A stretch of 27,933 bases of DNA from a bacterium (GTDB lineage: Bacteria > JAJRZV01), in contig JAJRZV010000040.1 of the NCBI GenBank assembly GCA_024275095.1, forward strand, positions 1-27,933, in the 5' to 3' direction. The position numbers and the translations under genes are program-made. Below, piece by piece: positions 15,984-25,597 of the stretch (its first letter is position 1; the number at the start of each line of letters is the position of its first letter). The notes under the pieces are model-generated. The model had not been told where the DNA came from. It did not search any database and worked only from the letters and a program-made list of their open reading frames with translations.

Positions 15984-17101
15984 GTTCGCGTCGCCCGCCT
16001 CGATAGTGATGCAAGAACTTCATAGCTGATGGTTCCTGCATGGTTCGCTACCTCGTCGGCGGTAATGGTTTCCTCGCCGTCTTCTCCGATAATGACCACT
16101 CTGTCACCGATCTTCGCACGTGGATTTTCGGTAAGGTCTATCATGGTGAGGTCCATGCACACATTTCCCACAATGGGACAGCGTTTGCCTTTCACGAGGA
16201 CTTCCCCGCGATTGGATAAGGCTCGCCATATACCATCAGCATATCCTCCTGCAATGATGCCTATGAGCGAATCTCTTCGGGTTACGAATGTGTGGGAGTA
16301 TGAGATGCCACGTCCGGCGGGCATTTTTCGAATGGACAGTATCCGGGTCTCCATGGAAAGGGCTGGTTGAAGTTTTAGTGGAGATTTCCGCGCTGGTACG
16401 GGATTAATACCGTAGATGGCCAGCCCGGGTCTTACCATGTTGAAGTGACTTTCGGAAAGGTAAATGGTGCCTGCACTGTTTGCAAGGGAGAAAAACTGTA
16501 CAGATGAACAACGTGAGAAAATATTTTTTATATGACTGAATATGCGAATCTGTTCCTGTATAGTGTCCATGCAACCCAGGTCTGAATAAGCAAAATGCGA
16601 TGCAATGCCGTGAAGCTCCAGTACCCGGTTTTCAGAAAAGGTTTGCATCAACAGGGAGGCCTTTTCCGGGTCGAATCCCAGACGCCCCATGCCCGAGTCA
16701 AATTTGAGAAAGACCTTTACCGAGGTGTTGTGGCGGGCAGCTTCCTGTGAGAGCGCTTTTATCTGGTAGTTTTCAAAAATAAAAGGGATTAAGCGGTAGT
16801 GCACAATTTCCTGAGCTTCCGAGGGATTAAAACCTCCCATTACAACAACAGGTTTTTTTATTCCGTGGTTGACGAGTTCTACACCTTCCCCCACCGTGGC
16901 AACGGCCAGCATATCCACAAGCTTTTCAATCGTCTTTGCCACATGGATGGCCCCGTGACCGTATGCATCTGCTTTCACAACAGGACATATTTTTACGTGT
17001 TTCTCCACTACATTACGTATTGCTTGAATATTGGTTTCGATCCGTTTCAAATTAACGATTATTTGAAGATGTCTTTCTCCCATGAGAGTGTTGTCCTTCA
17101 T
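15971..17101 (-). CDS. alr: Alanine racemase
   Basis: PLP-lysine motif VVKADAYGHGA, KFDSGMGRLG, NMVRPGLAIYG, GYADG, GNVCMD, GTISYE. An alternative start at ATG 17083 is preceded by GAAGGA. Confidence 0.96.
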   Translation of the reverse strand: MKDNTLMGERHLQIIVNLKRIETNIQAIRNVVEKHVKICPVVKADAYGHGAIHVAKTIEKLVDMLAVATVGEGVELVNHGIKKPVVVMGGFNPSEAQEIVHYRLIPFIFENYQIKALSQEAARHNTSVKVFLKFDSGMGRLGFDPEKASLLMQTFSENRVLELHGIASHFAYSDLGCMDTIQEQIRIFSHIKNIFSRCSSVQFFSLANSAGTIYLSESHFNMVRPGLAIYGINPVPARKSPLKLQPALSMETRILSIRKMPAGRGISYSHTFVTRRDSLIGIIAGGYADGIWRALSNRGEVLVKGKRCPIVGNVCMDLTMIDLTENPRAKIGDRVVIIGEDGEETITADEVANHAGTISYEVLASLSRRATRTWIQ

Positions 17102-17111
17102 TCAGGTCATG

Positions 17112-17120
17112 ATTGTATCA
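17112..17120 (-). promoter_or_regulatory. Candidate extended -10 promoter for the alr-mla-opp operon
   Basis: The minus strand reads TG-A-TACAAT (TGnTAnnnT); no good -35 element. Confidence 0.4.
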
Positions 17121-17183
17121 CATAAGCACATATCAGAAACTCCGGACAGTAACGGGTGCCCTTTCGCATCTTTTAAGAACTAA

Positions 17184-17192
17184 TGTTACTAT
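17184..17192 (+). promoter_or_regulatory. Candidate extended -10 promoter for the slt operon
   Basis: TG-T-TACTAT, with a weak -35-like TTCGCA at 17163-17168; very close to ATG 17203. Confidence 0.3.
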
Positions 17193-17202
17193 CCCTAAGG
17201 AT

Positions 17203-19314
17203 ATGTTTGCCAGAAGTTGTAAAAAATATTTATCTGTACTGCTCGCCATAACCATCTGCTGGATTGGCGGATGTGCTGTAAAGATGCCCCGACCCGGGCC
17301 TTTTTCTGAAACAGGCGAGTGTGAAGTTCAGCCGTCTAAACCCGGTACAGAATATGAAAAATATTTTCCTCTTCTCAAAGGTCTGTGTTTTATCAATCTG
17401 GGAAAGTACAGAGAAGCACTTCGGGTCCTATCGTTGAGCCCTGAGGATGTGGAGCCGCTTGACGATTACCTGGTTTTTTTCTACGCATGGGCTCTTTATG
17501 GAAGCGGTGCCAGTCGTGATGCTGTTTCACTGCTGGAGTGGGCGGAAAAGAAGTACAGCGCCTCTCCTCTTTCTCCTTTATTCAGAGCATTTCGGATCGT
17601 TGTGGAAGGGGAAAGCGGGAAAAGAGGAACATCGGCGAAAGTACTTTCACAAATTTTACCGGAGATTCCTTCAAGTGTGCTCAAACATTACGTAATGTAC
17701 CATCAAATAATTTTCTCTTCGCGTGAAGGAATTGACGAAAAATTGAAAGAAACGATAGATGATTTTCTCGCTCTTGTGCCTTCTCCTCCATATGTATTGT
17801 CCCTTTACTCTTTAAATCTACTGGGAGCTCATGAGCTTCTGTCATGGATGGAAAGGGCTTTTAATTCGGGGCGTTATTCCTATGTGACATCCGTGTTCCC
17901 TCACGTGAAAGATCGAGCACTGAAATTTTCTGCTTTTCCTGAAGCCTGGATGATGGCTGCGGTTTCTTATTTTTTCACAGGACGATACAACGAGAGTGAA
18001 GCAATTTTGAAGCGCTTTATTTCATATGGTGAAGAGGAGTACAGTGCACAGAGTCTCTTTTATCTGGCACGTATTTATTATCGTACCGGTAGAAAAGACA
18101 AGGTTATTCCTGCGTTTAAAAAAATTATTCGGCAATATCCCGGCTCTTCGTGGGCTCCCCGGGCTGCTTACAAAATCATGGAACTGGTAGATTTAAGGGA
18201 GAAGCTGAAGTATCTGGACATTATTATAAAAAATTATCCTCAAAGTGATCTCAGTGCCAAGGCGGCCTTTTTGAGGGGACTTTACTCGCACATGCTCGGT
18301 GATGATGAGAAGGCCGTTGAATATTTACAATTAGCAGCCAGCCTGGAGGGTCTCACTCCAAGAGTTAAGAGAAGCACCTCCTACTGGAAACTACGTTTGT
18401 CTCCCGAAGTAAAAACAGAAGACGTGATTTCTTTCGCTGCTTCAAGCCCTCCGGACCATTACACTGTTCTGGCTGCAGCAGTTCTTCTCTCACACGATGT
18501 GGAGTTCGCTGGTGTTGAGGGCGGCGAGGAGTCTGTCCGGATGATCCGGCTCATTTCTCCTTTTGAAAAGGAAACACGTCGCATACGCATCCTTTTCGAT
18601 TTGGGACTAAAGGGTTTTGCCTCCTATGAAATGAACTTTTACGCTTCACGTTTTTCCTCAAAAGAAGAAGGGTTTGCTTTTCTGGAATCACTGGTAAAGA
18701 CCGGGCTTCCACATTTTTCAATCCGGTGGTTTGGACGCTTTCATTCATATCCTTCATCATCCACTGATATTGTAAGAGATGAGGTATATAAACTTCTTTT
18801 TCCCAGAGCATTTGATAGGGAGGTAAGGAGATTATGCGTGGAGCGTCATGGTCTTGACGCAAATCTTGTATATGCACTTATTCACCAGGAGAGTCATTTC
18901 ATGAAGCAGGCTGTTTCTGTTGCAGGAGCAAGGGGGTTGATGCAGCTCATGCCGTTCACAGCCTCCAGGGTCGCAGACATTCTCGAGCTCGGCCCTGTAT
19001 CCGGAGAAATTCTCTTTAAGCCAGAGGTCAATATCAATTTAGGATGCCAGTATTTGAAGATTTTGCTGGACAGTTTCGACGGCAATGTTCCCCTTGCTCT
19101 TGCAGCGTATAATGCAGGACCCAGGAATGTACGCCGCTGGCTTGAAGAACTTGCTCCACGTCAGATTGATGAATTTATTGACACCATTCCATATCCTGAG
19201 ACACGCAGATATGTACAGCTGGTTTTAGCCAAGTGGTTCTCTTACACTGCACTTTATGGAGGAATTTTACCTGCCAGAGCGCTGCTGCTGAACAGTCACA
19301 CAGGAGGCATGTGA
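17203..19314 (+). CDS. Soluble lytic murein transglycosylase (Slt70-like) lipoprotein with TPR repeats
   Basis: C-terminal SLT motifs ALIHQESHF, GARGLMQLMPFTA, ALAAYNAGP and IPYPETRRYV; TPR-like helices. ATG 17203 gives a lipoprotein signal MFARSCKKYLSVLLAITICWIGGC, more plausible than the ORF-track start at 17113. Confidence 0.88.
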   Translation: MFARSCKKYLSVLLAITICWIGGCAVKMPRPGPFSETGECEVQPSKPGTEYEKYFPLLKGLCFINLGKYREALRVLSLSPEDVEPLDDYLVFFYAWALYGSGASRDAVSLLEWAEKKYSASPLSPLFRAFRIVVEGESGKRGTSAKVLSQILPEIPSSVLKHYVMYHQIIFSSREGIDEKLKETIDDFLALVPSPPYVLSLYSLNLLGAHELLSWMERAFNSGRYSYVTSVFPHVKDRALKFSAFPEAWMMAAVSYFFTGRYNESEAILKRFISYGEEEYSAQSLFYLARIYYRTGRKDKVIPAFKKIIRQYPGSSWAPRAAYKIMELVDLREKLKYLDIIIKNYPQSDLSAKAAFLRGLYSHMLGDDEKAVEYLQLAASLEGLTPRVKRSTSYWKLRLSPEVKTEDVISFAASSPPDHYTVLAAAVLLSHDVEFAGVEGGEESVRMIRLISPFEKETRRIRILFDLGLKGFASYEMNFYASRFSSKEEGFAFLESLVKTGLPHFSIRWFGRFHSYPSSSTDIVRDEVYKLLFPRAFDREVRRLCVERHGLDANLVYALIHQESHFMKQAVSVAGARGLMQLMPFTASRVADILELGPVSGEILFKPEVNINLGCQYLKILLDSFDGNVPLALAAYNAGPRNVRRWLEELAPRQIDEFIDTIPYPETRRYVQLVLAKWFSYTALYGGILPARALLLNSHTGGM

Positions 19315-19320
19315 ACTTCG

Positions 19321-19869
19321 ATGGTGAGAATTACCGGTGGTGAAAAAAAAGGATTTTTGCTTAAAGTGCCACGTAGAGCACGCCCAACATCTGCACGCGT
19401 ACGTCAATCCATATTTTCTCTGCTCGGTGAGAAGGTCAGGGATGCCGTTGTTCTCGATCTTTTTTGTGGCTCTGGTGCACTCGGGATTGAGGCCCTTTCG
19501 AGAGGAGCCCTTTTTGTCGTGTTCGTGGATTCTCACAGGGAAGCTGTTGAGTGTACCAGGCAGAACCTGAAAAAGTGTGGATATGAGGAAGTTGCAAGGG
19601 TTGATCAGAGGGGTTTTGTCCAGGGCGTTAAAAGTTTGAAAACAAAAATGCAGTTTGATGTAATTTTTGCAGACCCACCTTACGGGAGGAATGCGTTGGC
19701 AGAGGTTTTGAAAATTTGTGCGCGTACCAGCGTGTTAAAACAGAATGGAGTGCTTGTGGTAGAACACAGGACCGAGCAGAGTCTGCCCGATGTATATGAA
19801 ACTCTCCGACGGTATCGTTTCAAACGGTTTGGGGGCACATCAGTAAGTTTTTATCGAAAGGAGGGATGA
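19321..19869 (+). CDS. rsmD: 16S rRNA m2G966 methyltransferase RsmD
   Basis: RITGG...RPTSARVRQSIFS, VLDLFCGSGALGIEALSRGA, FADPPY; adjacent to coaD. Confidence 0.93.
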   Translation: MVRITGGEKKGFLLKVPRRARPTSARVRQSIFSLLGEKVRDAVVLDLFCGSGALGIEALSRGALFVVFVDSHREAVECTRQNLKKCGYEEVARVDQRGFVQGVKSLKTKMQFDVIFADPPYGRNALAEVLKICARTSVLKQNGVLVVEHRTEQSLPDVYETLRRYRFKRFGGTSVSFYRKEG

Positions 19870-20354
19870 TGACCACAGCTATATATCCAGGAACTTTTGA
19901 TCCGATCACCCTCGGTCACGTCAACATTATAGAGAGGGGGTTAAAAATTTTTGACCGGATTATCGTGGCCGTTGCTTCTCATTCGGGAAAGGACCCCGTT
20001 TTTACTATTGAAGAGCGTCTGGAATTAATACGGGGTGCATTTAAGAACGATCAGCGTGTTACAGCAGAATCGTTTGATGGATTGCTTGTAGATTTTGCCA
20101 GGAGGAAGGGAGTGAAAATTATTCTCAGGGGTCTGCGCACTGTGGCTGATTTTGAGTACGAGCTCCAGATGTCATTGGCCAATAAAAAGATGTACCCTGA
20201 AATGGAAACGTTGTTTATGATGACAGAGGGTGCGTATTCTTATTTTTCTTCTTCTTTGATAAAAGAGATTGCGCGGCTGGGCGGTTGCCTCAGGGGGATG
20301 GTTCCGGAGAATGTGGAGGAAGCCTTAAAGAAAAAGTTCGCCGGAGGTGTTTAA
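19866..20354 (+). CDS. coaD: Phosphopantetheine adenylyltransferase
   Basis: AIYPGTFDPITLGH, RGLRTVADFEYELQM, SSSLIKEIA. Confidence 0.97.
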   Translation: MMTTAIYPGTFDPITLGHVNIIERGLKIFDRIIVAVASHSGKDPVFTIEERLELIRGAFKNDQRVTAESFDGLLVDFARRKGVKIILRGLRTVADFEYELQMSLANKKMYPEMETLFMMTEGAYSYFSSSLIKEIARLGGCLRGMVPENVEEALKKKFAGGV

Positions 20355-21539
20355 ATGGTTTCAGAAAGAGCAAAAAGCGTAAAGCCATCACCTACTCTTT
20401 CCCTTTCAGCAAAGGCCAAAGCACTTAAAGCTCAGGGGATAGACGTGGTCAGTTTTTCTGCAGGAGAGCCTGACTTTGATACACCCGATAATATCAAGCA
20501 GGCGGCCATAAAAGCTATTGAACAAGGGTTTACCAAGTACTGTCCGGTGGATGGAATCCCGGAGTTGAAGGAAGCAATTATTGAAAAATTCAGGGTGGAT
20601 AATGGCCTGGAATACAAACCTTCAGAGATCGTAGTTTCCTGTGGTGCCAAACATTCTATATATAATGTACTTCAGGCAGTAGTAAATCCTGGAGATGAAG
20701 TGCTGATTCCGTCTCCCTACTGGGTCTCTTATCCGGATATGGCAGCCCTTGCCGGAGGTGTTCCTGTTATAGTTGAAGGTAAGGAAGAAAATGGGTTCAA
20801 AGTCACCCCGGACGACATCTTGTCAAAAGTTACAGATAAGACGAAGGTTTTCATTCTCAATTCTCCGTGCAATCCAACAGGGGCGGTCTACTCGCGTGAG
20901 GAACTGGAGGCACTGGGTAGGGCATTGCTTGATACCAAGATTCTCATTATATCCGACGAAATTTATGAAAAACTTATTTATGATGGAGAAAGACACTATT
21001 CAATTGCTTCTGTGGTGCCGGATCTTAAAAGCCGGACAGTGGTTGTGAACGGTGTGTCCAAGGCGTATTCTATGACGGGCTGGCGCATTGGATATGCAGC
21101 CGGTCCTGAAGATGTCATGCGTGCCTGTGCGAAGATTCAGTCACAGTCCACTTCAAACCCCACCAGCATATCTATGGCAGCATCTGTCGAGGCTCTCAAA
21201 GGACCACAGGATGCGGTGGAAAGTATGCGGCGCGAATTTGAACAGCGGCGCAATGTACTGGTAGATGGTCTCAACGCAATTTCAGGGATTACATGTTTTA
21301 AACCCAGGGGGGCGTTTTACGCTTTCCCCAATGTCAGTGGACTTTTCGGACGCACAATCGGGGGCAGAGAAATAAAGTCGTCTATGGATTTTTCTGAGGT
21401 GCTACTGGATGTGGCACGTGTGGCTGCGGTACCTGGAAGCGCTTTTGGTGCAGAAGGATACCTGCGCATGTCATATGCAACGTCTATGGAAAACATCAGG
21501 GAAGGGTTAAAGAGAATTAAAGAACTGGTGGAGGGGTGA
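20355..21539 (+). CDS. aspC: Class I PLP-dependent aminotransferase (aspartate aminotransferase type)
   Basis: AGEPDFDTP, NSPCNPTG, SDEIYE, SKAYSMTGWRIGY. Confidence 0.9.
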   Translation: MVSERAKSVKPSPTLSLSAKAKALKAQGIDVVSFSAGEPDFDTPDNIKQAAIKAIEQGFTKYCPVDGIPELKEAIIEKFRVDNGLEYKPSEIVVSCGAKHSIYNVLQAVVNPGDEVLIPSPYWVSYPDMAALAGGVPVIVEGKEENGFKVTPDDILSKVTDKTKVFILNSPCNPTGAVYSREELEALGRALLDTKILIISDEIYEKLIYDGERHYSIASVVPDLKSRTVVVNGVSKAYSMTGWRIGYAAGPEDVMRACAKIQSQSTSNPTSISMAASVEALKGPQDAVESMRREFEQRRNVLVDGLNAISGITCFKPRGAFYAFPNVSGLFGRTIGGREIKSSMDFSEVLLDVARVAAVPGSAFGAEGYLRMSYATSMENIREGLKRIKELVEG

Positions 21540-22099
21540 TGGCACCTGAAGACTTTGTGCAGGTAGAGCCTGATTTAATGCCTTTTGTTGTACCTGTTGT
21601 GCTGGTTACTGCTCGCGAGGGAGATTTCGATAACTTGATGGCCGTAGCATGGTTTGGTGTAGCGTGTTCTGAACCACCATGCGTATCTGTTGCCATTCGT
21701 CCTGGTCGCACCACCAATCCCATGATACGTAAAAGCTGGATTTTCGGAGTATCTGTACCCGGTCCAGACCTGGTAAAAGAGGTGGATTTTGCCGGAACCC
21801 AACCCGGCTCTCGTGTAAACAAGTGGGAGGCTCTTTCATTAGAGATGTTTTACGGTGAGAAAACAGGAGTGCCTCTCGTTAGGAAATGTCCTGTTAATCT
21901 TGAATGCCAGGTGCGTCATGTGATTCGTCTTGGTACACATGATTTATTTATCGGAGAAGTTGTAAACCTATATCTTAACGAAAGAGTCCTTGAAAATGAC
22001 ACCCTCGCTACCGTACCTCTTAATCATCTTCTTTACTGTCATCCACAGCAGCGGTATTATGAAACGGGTCGTCCGGTAGGGATGAGAGGAAAAGGATAA
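21539..22099 (+). CDS. Flavin reductase-like (flavoredoxin, DIM6/NTAB family) protein
   Basis: PVVLVT...NLMAVAW...PPCVSVAIRP...NLECQV...LGTHDLFIGEV. ATG 21539 overlaps the aspC stop; GTG 21536 is an alternative. Confidence 0.88.
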   Translation: MAPEDFVQVEPDLMPFVVPVVLVTAREGDFDNLMAVAWFGVACSEPPCVSVAIRPGRTTNPMIRKSWIFGVSVPGPDLVKEVDFAGTQPGSRVNKWEALSLEMFYGEKTGVPLVRKCPVNLECQVRHVIRLGTHDLFIGEVVNLYLNERVLENDTLATVPLNHLLYCHPQQRYYETGRPVGMRGKG

Positions 22100-22130
22100 A
22101 GGATGTAAGGAACAGGGAAGCCAAGATTAT

Positions 22131-22733
22131 TTGAATAAGAAGGGGGTGATTGAGACAGTACCGCTTGATATTCCAACAGCGTTTTTTTTGGGAGGCGTGA
22201 TTGCACTTACCGACTGGTGGTCGGTAAAGAAGCGAGAGAGCATCCTTTTTTCCCGGGCTTCCTTAGCAGGTGCATTATGTGGTTTGTGGTACGGATTCGC
22301 AGTGACATATTTTTACGTTCGTTACCCGGACTGGATGCTGGCCTACGCAGTTGACTACAGGGAAATTCCTACTGTTTTGATGCTTTTTATTTTTTATGTT
22401 TCTCTCGCGATTGCAGGTTTTTCTTCATCGGTTCTCACTCAGGTGGCCATAAAAGAGGGACATAAGGTGATGGCGTGGATACCTGCATTTACGGGCCTTG
22501 TGGTTCTCATATATGTGTGGGGTATCACCTGGGATCAATATTTCCACATAGGAACGTATGTTGAATATCATTCTGGCAATGCTGTCCCCTTGCAGAGACA
22601 TTCCAGCATGCAAAAAGCCATGAATATTCTGGGTCCTGTGGGATTGCTACCGTATGTGGTTGTTGGAGTAGTGAATCTACGTCGGGGCTTGAAGCAGAGA
22701 TCACATGAAGGTAAACCTGCTTCTCACGGGTGA
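22131..22733 (+). CDS. Hypothetical integral membrane protein (about 5 TM segments)
   Basis: Fills the gap between co-oriented genes, has several hydrophobic segments and overlaps the cinA start. The start codon is uncertain (TTG 22131 or GTG 22146). Confidence 0.75.
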   Translation: MNKKGVIETVPLDIPTAFFLGGVIALTDWWSVKKRESILFSRASLAGALCGLWYGFAVTYFYVRYPDWMLAYAVDYREIPTVLMLFIFYVSLAIAGFSSSVLTQVAIKEGHKVMAWIPAFTGLVVLIYVWGITWDQYFHIGTYVEYHSGNAVPLQRHSSMQKAMNILGPVGLLPYVVVGVVNLRRGLKQRSHEGKPASHG

Positions 22734-23934
22734 AGAACTCCTCAGAGGCCGCATAGTAGACCAGAACGGTGTTTACGCTTCCCGATTGATTACTCTGTAT
22801 GGTCATGTAGTTGAAAGGATGGTCTATGCGGGTGATAACCCCTTTCATATTGCTCACGCCATTAAAGAGCTTTCTTCCACGGCTGATCTCCTGATTATAT
22901 CCGGAGGACTTGGTGCTACCGGTGATGATGTAACCCGGGAGGCACTTCAGCATCTCGGGTTGAATCTTATTGAAAGCGAATTGAGCCGAAGGCGGCTTGA
23001 ACGAATCCTTCGCCAGCGGGGTGCTGAGCCAACCTCAAGAGACAGGAGAGCATTTCTCATTCCAGAGGGATCTCATGAATTGAGGAATCCCATTGGTACA
23101 GCACTGGGCATTCGCTTTACGTTTGGCAACGCACTCGTTTTTCTTCTCCCGGGAGTGCCAGATGAATTCAAAGCCATGTTTCACATGCATATAGAACCAG
23201 TACTCAGACGAGAAGCAGGGGCATGGATAACCAGGAGCTGGACCCTGTTCGGCATCAGGGAGGTGGAGCTCGACGAGATGTTGAGGAATGTACTTGAAGA
23301 TTTACCTCTGAATGTTTCTTTCAGACCTTCGTATCCTTTATTGGTGTTCGAAATTGCAGTGCGTGCAGATGATAAATACAGGGCCGAAGAGATTGCAGGT
23401 GTGGCAGAAAGAAAAATAAAAGAAGTTGTTTCACCTTACATTTTTGTGGAAGGAGATGAAGAACCTGCATCCACGTTGAGAACGCTTATGGAGGATATGA
23501 ATGCTACGGTGGCGGTGGCAGAGTCGTGTACAGGAGGATTGCTCAGCTCTCTCATTACAGACGTGCCGGGAGCTTCAGGATACTTCCTCGCTGGTTACGT
23601 GACTTACAGTCCTGAAGAGAAGGTAAAAGTTCTGGGGGTAGACAGGAGGAGTATTGAAAAATACGGTGTGGTGAGTGAACAGGTGGCGGGAGAAATGGCG
23701 GCTGGGGCCTCTCGTATCAGTGGGGCTGTATACTCGGTTTCCACCACAGGATATGCAGGACCGGAAGGAGGTGATGCGAACAATCCTGTGGGTACGGTTT
23801 ATATAGGAGTGGCCGAGAACGGAGAGGTTAAAAATGTTCAGCGTTTCTTTTTTCGTGGCAGTCGTGAAAGATTGAAAAAAGCTTTTGCACTGGCTGCCCT
23901 CTTTACTTTGTACACTCATGTGAGGAGCAAATAG
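22705..23934 (+). CDS. cinA: CinA: MoCF-biosynthesis-like N-terminal domain fused to NMN deamidase (PncC) domain
   Basis: GEELLRGRIVDQN, SGGLGATGDDVT, LPGVPDEF, AVAESCTGGL, STTGYAGPEGG...PVGTVYIG. Confidence 0.93.
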   Translation: MKVNLLLTGEELLRGRIVDQNGVYASRLITLYGHVVERMVYAGDNPFHIAHAIKELSSTADLLIISGGLGATGDDVTREALQHLGLNLIESELSRRRLERILRQRGAEPTSRDRRAFLIPEGSHELRNPIGTALGIRFTFGNALVFLLPGVPDEFKAMFHMHIEPVLRREAGAWITRSWTLFGIREVELDEMLRNVLEDLPLNVSFRPSYPLLVFEIAVRADDKYRAEEIAGVAERKIKEVVSPYIFVEGDEEPASTLRTLMEDMNATVAVAESCTGGLLSSLITDVPGASGYFLAGYVTYSPEEKVKVLGVDRRSIEKYGVVSEQVAGEMAAGASRISGAVYSVSTTGYAGPEGGDANNPVGTVYIGVAENGEVKNVQRFFFRGSRERLKKAFALAALFTLYTHVRSK

Positions 23935-24509
23935 TGGGCATGGTCAGGTCGTTTGTTGCCGTAGATATCGGCGTTCAGGCGAGGCAGGAGATAATGGAGT
24001 TTATAAAGGCATTTCAAAGGAAGGGTTTTAGAGAGGGCATCCGCTGGGTGAAAGAAGATCAGCTTCACATTACTTTGAAGTTTCTCGGAAATGTTTCGCC
24101 TGCGCTTCTGGAAAAAATGGCAGAGCGTTTGAAAGATGAATGCAGTGGACTTCCTGCATTTGTTGTTCAGCTTGGAGGCACGGGATTTTTTTTCAGCGGA
24201 CGCACTCCCAGGGTTTTCTGGGTAGATGTTAAACAGGGCAAGAACGAACTGAAGCGGCTGTTTAGCATGGTGGAAGCTGTGGCTGAGGAGTTTGGATTTC
24301 CAAGGGAAACCCGAGCGTACAATCCTCATTTGACCCTTGCCCGTATCAAAGGAGGCCCTTCCGCAAAACGCCTTGTAGAAGGTGTCCGGAATATTGATTC
24401 TCCTCGATTTACATTGTTTGAGGTGAATGAAGTTCATATTATGAGGAGTGAGCTGTTGCCCGCGGGAGCACGCTATAGTAAACTGCATACGTTAAGACTG
24501 AAACTCTAA
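23934..24509 (+). CDS. thpR: RNA 2',3'-cyclic phosphodiesterase (2H family, LigT/ThpR)
   Basis: Two HxT motifs (LHITLKFLG and PHLTLAR); usual position between cinA and recA; GAGGAG RBS. Confidence 0.93.
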   Translation: MGMVRSFVAVDIGVQARQEIMEFIKAFQRKGFREGIRWVKEDQLHITLKFLGNVSPALLEKMAERLKDECSGLPAFVVQLGGTGFFFSGRTPRVFWVDVKQGKNELKRLFSMVEAVAEEFGFPRETRAYNPHLTLARIKGGPSAKRLVEGVRNIDSPRFTLFEVNEVHIMRSELLPAGARYSKLHTLRLKL

Positions 24510-24532
24510 AGCATTCTGTTCAGGAGGAATAA

Positions 24533-25597
24533 ATGGCAAGAACGCAGTCATCAGGGACAGGAGAGGATAAACGCAAGAAAATGCTGGAGATGGCTATATC
24601 CAGCATCGAGAAACAGTACGGCAAAGGCGCTGTCATGCGTCTGGGCGGTAAAGATGTTGTCCGTGTCCCAGCTGTATCTACCGGGTCACTGGGGCTGGAC
24701 ATAGCCCTGGGTATAGGTGGATATCCACGGGGACGTATAATCGAAATATTCGGCCCTGAAGCATCAGGGAAAACAACCCTTGCGCTTCAAGCAGTAGCAG
24801 AGGTCCAGAAACAGGGTGGTACTGCTGTTTACATAGATGCGGAACACGCGCTGGATGTGGTCTATGCCAGAAAGATAGGTGTGGATATTGACAACCTTCT
24901 CATTTCGCAACCCGACTACGGGGAACAGGCTCTCGATATCGCTGACCAATTTATCCGTAGTGGAGGGGTTGATATTGTGGTAGTGGACTCTGTTGCTGCC
25001 CTTGTTCCACGTGCAGAGCTGGAAGGAGATATGGGAGATCCCACCATGGGTGCTCAGGCAAGGCTCATGTCGCAGGCACTTCGTAAACTTGCAGGTACCA
25101 TACATAAATCCAGTTGTATTATGATCTTCATCAATCAAATCCGCCAGAAGATCGGCGTGATGTTTGGCAACCCTGAAACCACCCCTGGCGGAAACGCACT
25201 GAAGTTTTACTCCTCTGTACGGCTTGATATCCGGAAGATCGCCACTCTTCGTGAAGGAGGGGAAATTGTAGGCGCCCGTACAAAGGTGAAGGTTGTAAAG
25301 AACAAACTCGCGCCACCTTTTAAAGAGACGGAATTTGATATTATTTACGGAACAGGTATATCCCGGGAAGGTGAACTTATAGATCTGGGGGTCTCCTGCG
25401 AAGTGATAGAAAAGGCGGGGGTCTGGTATTCTTACGGGGATGAACGGCTTGGTCAGGGGCGCGATGCAGCCAGGCGCTTTCTGAAGGAGAATCCAGACAC
25501 AGCAGCAGAAATTGAGAGAAAAATTCTGCAAAAGCTTGGTATTATAAAAGGAGACACCAGCAAACAGGAGGGGGAAGGAAATAATGGAACTCAATGA
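24533..25597 (+). CDS. recA: Recombinase RecA
   Basis: [70 protein letters not shown] at 24522-24527; no intein. Confidence 0.99.
   Translation: MARTQSSGTGEDKRKKMLEMAISSIEKQYGKGAVMRLGGKDVVRVPAVSTGSLGLDIALGIGGYPRGRIIEIFGPEASGKTTLALQAVAEVQKQGGTAVYIDAEHALDVVYARKIGVDIDNLLISQPDYGEQALDIADQFIRSGGVDIVVVDSVAALVPRAELEGDMGDPTMGAQARLMSQALRKLAGTIHKSSCIMIFINQIRQKIGVMFGNPETTPGGNALKFYSSVRLDIRKIATLREGGEIVGARTKVKVVKNKLAPPFKETEFDIIYGTGISREGELIDLGVSCEVIEKAGVWYSYGDERLGQGRDAARRFLKENPDTAAEIERKILQKLGIIKGDTSKQEGEGNNGTQ

Noticed and set aside
17113-17202. ORF-track N-terminal extension of Slt
   Set aside because: It would consume the whole divergent promoter region and bury the lipoprotein signal; ATG 17203 is preferred.
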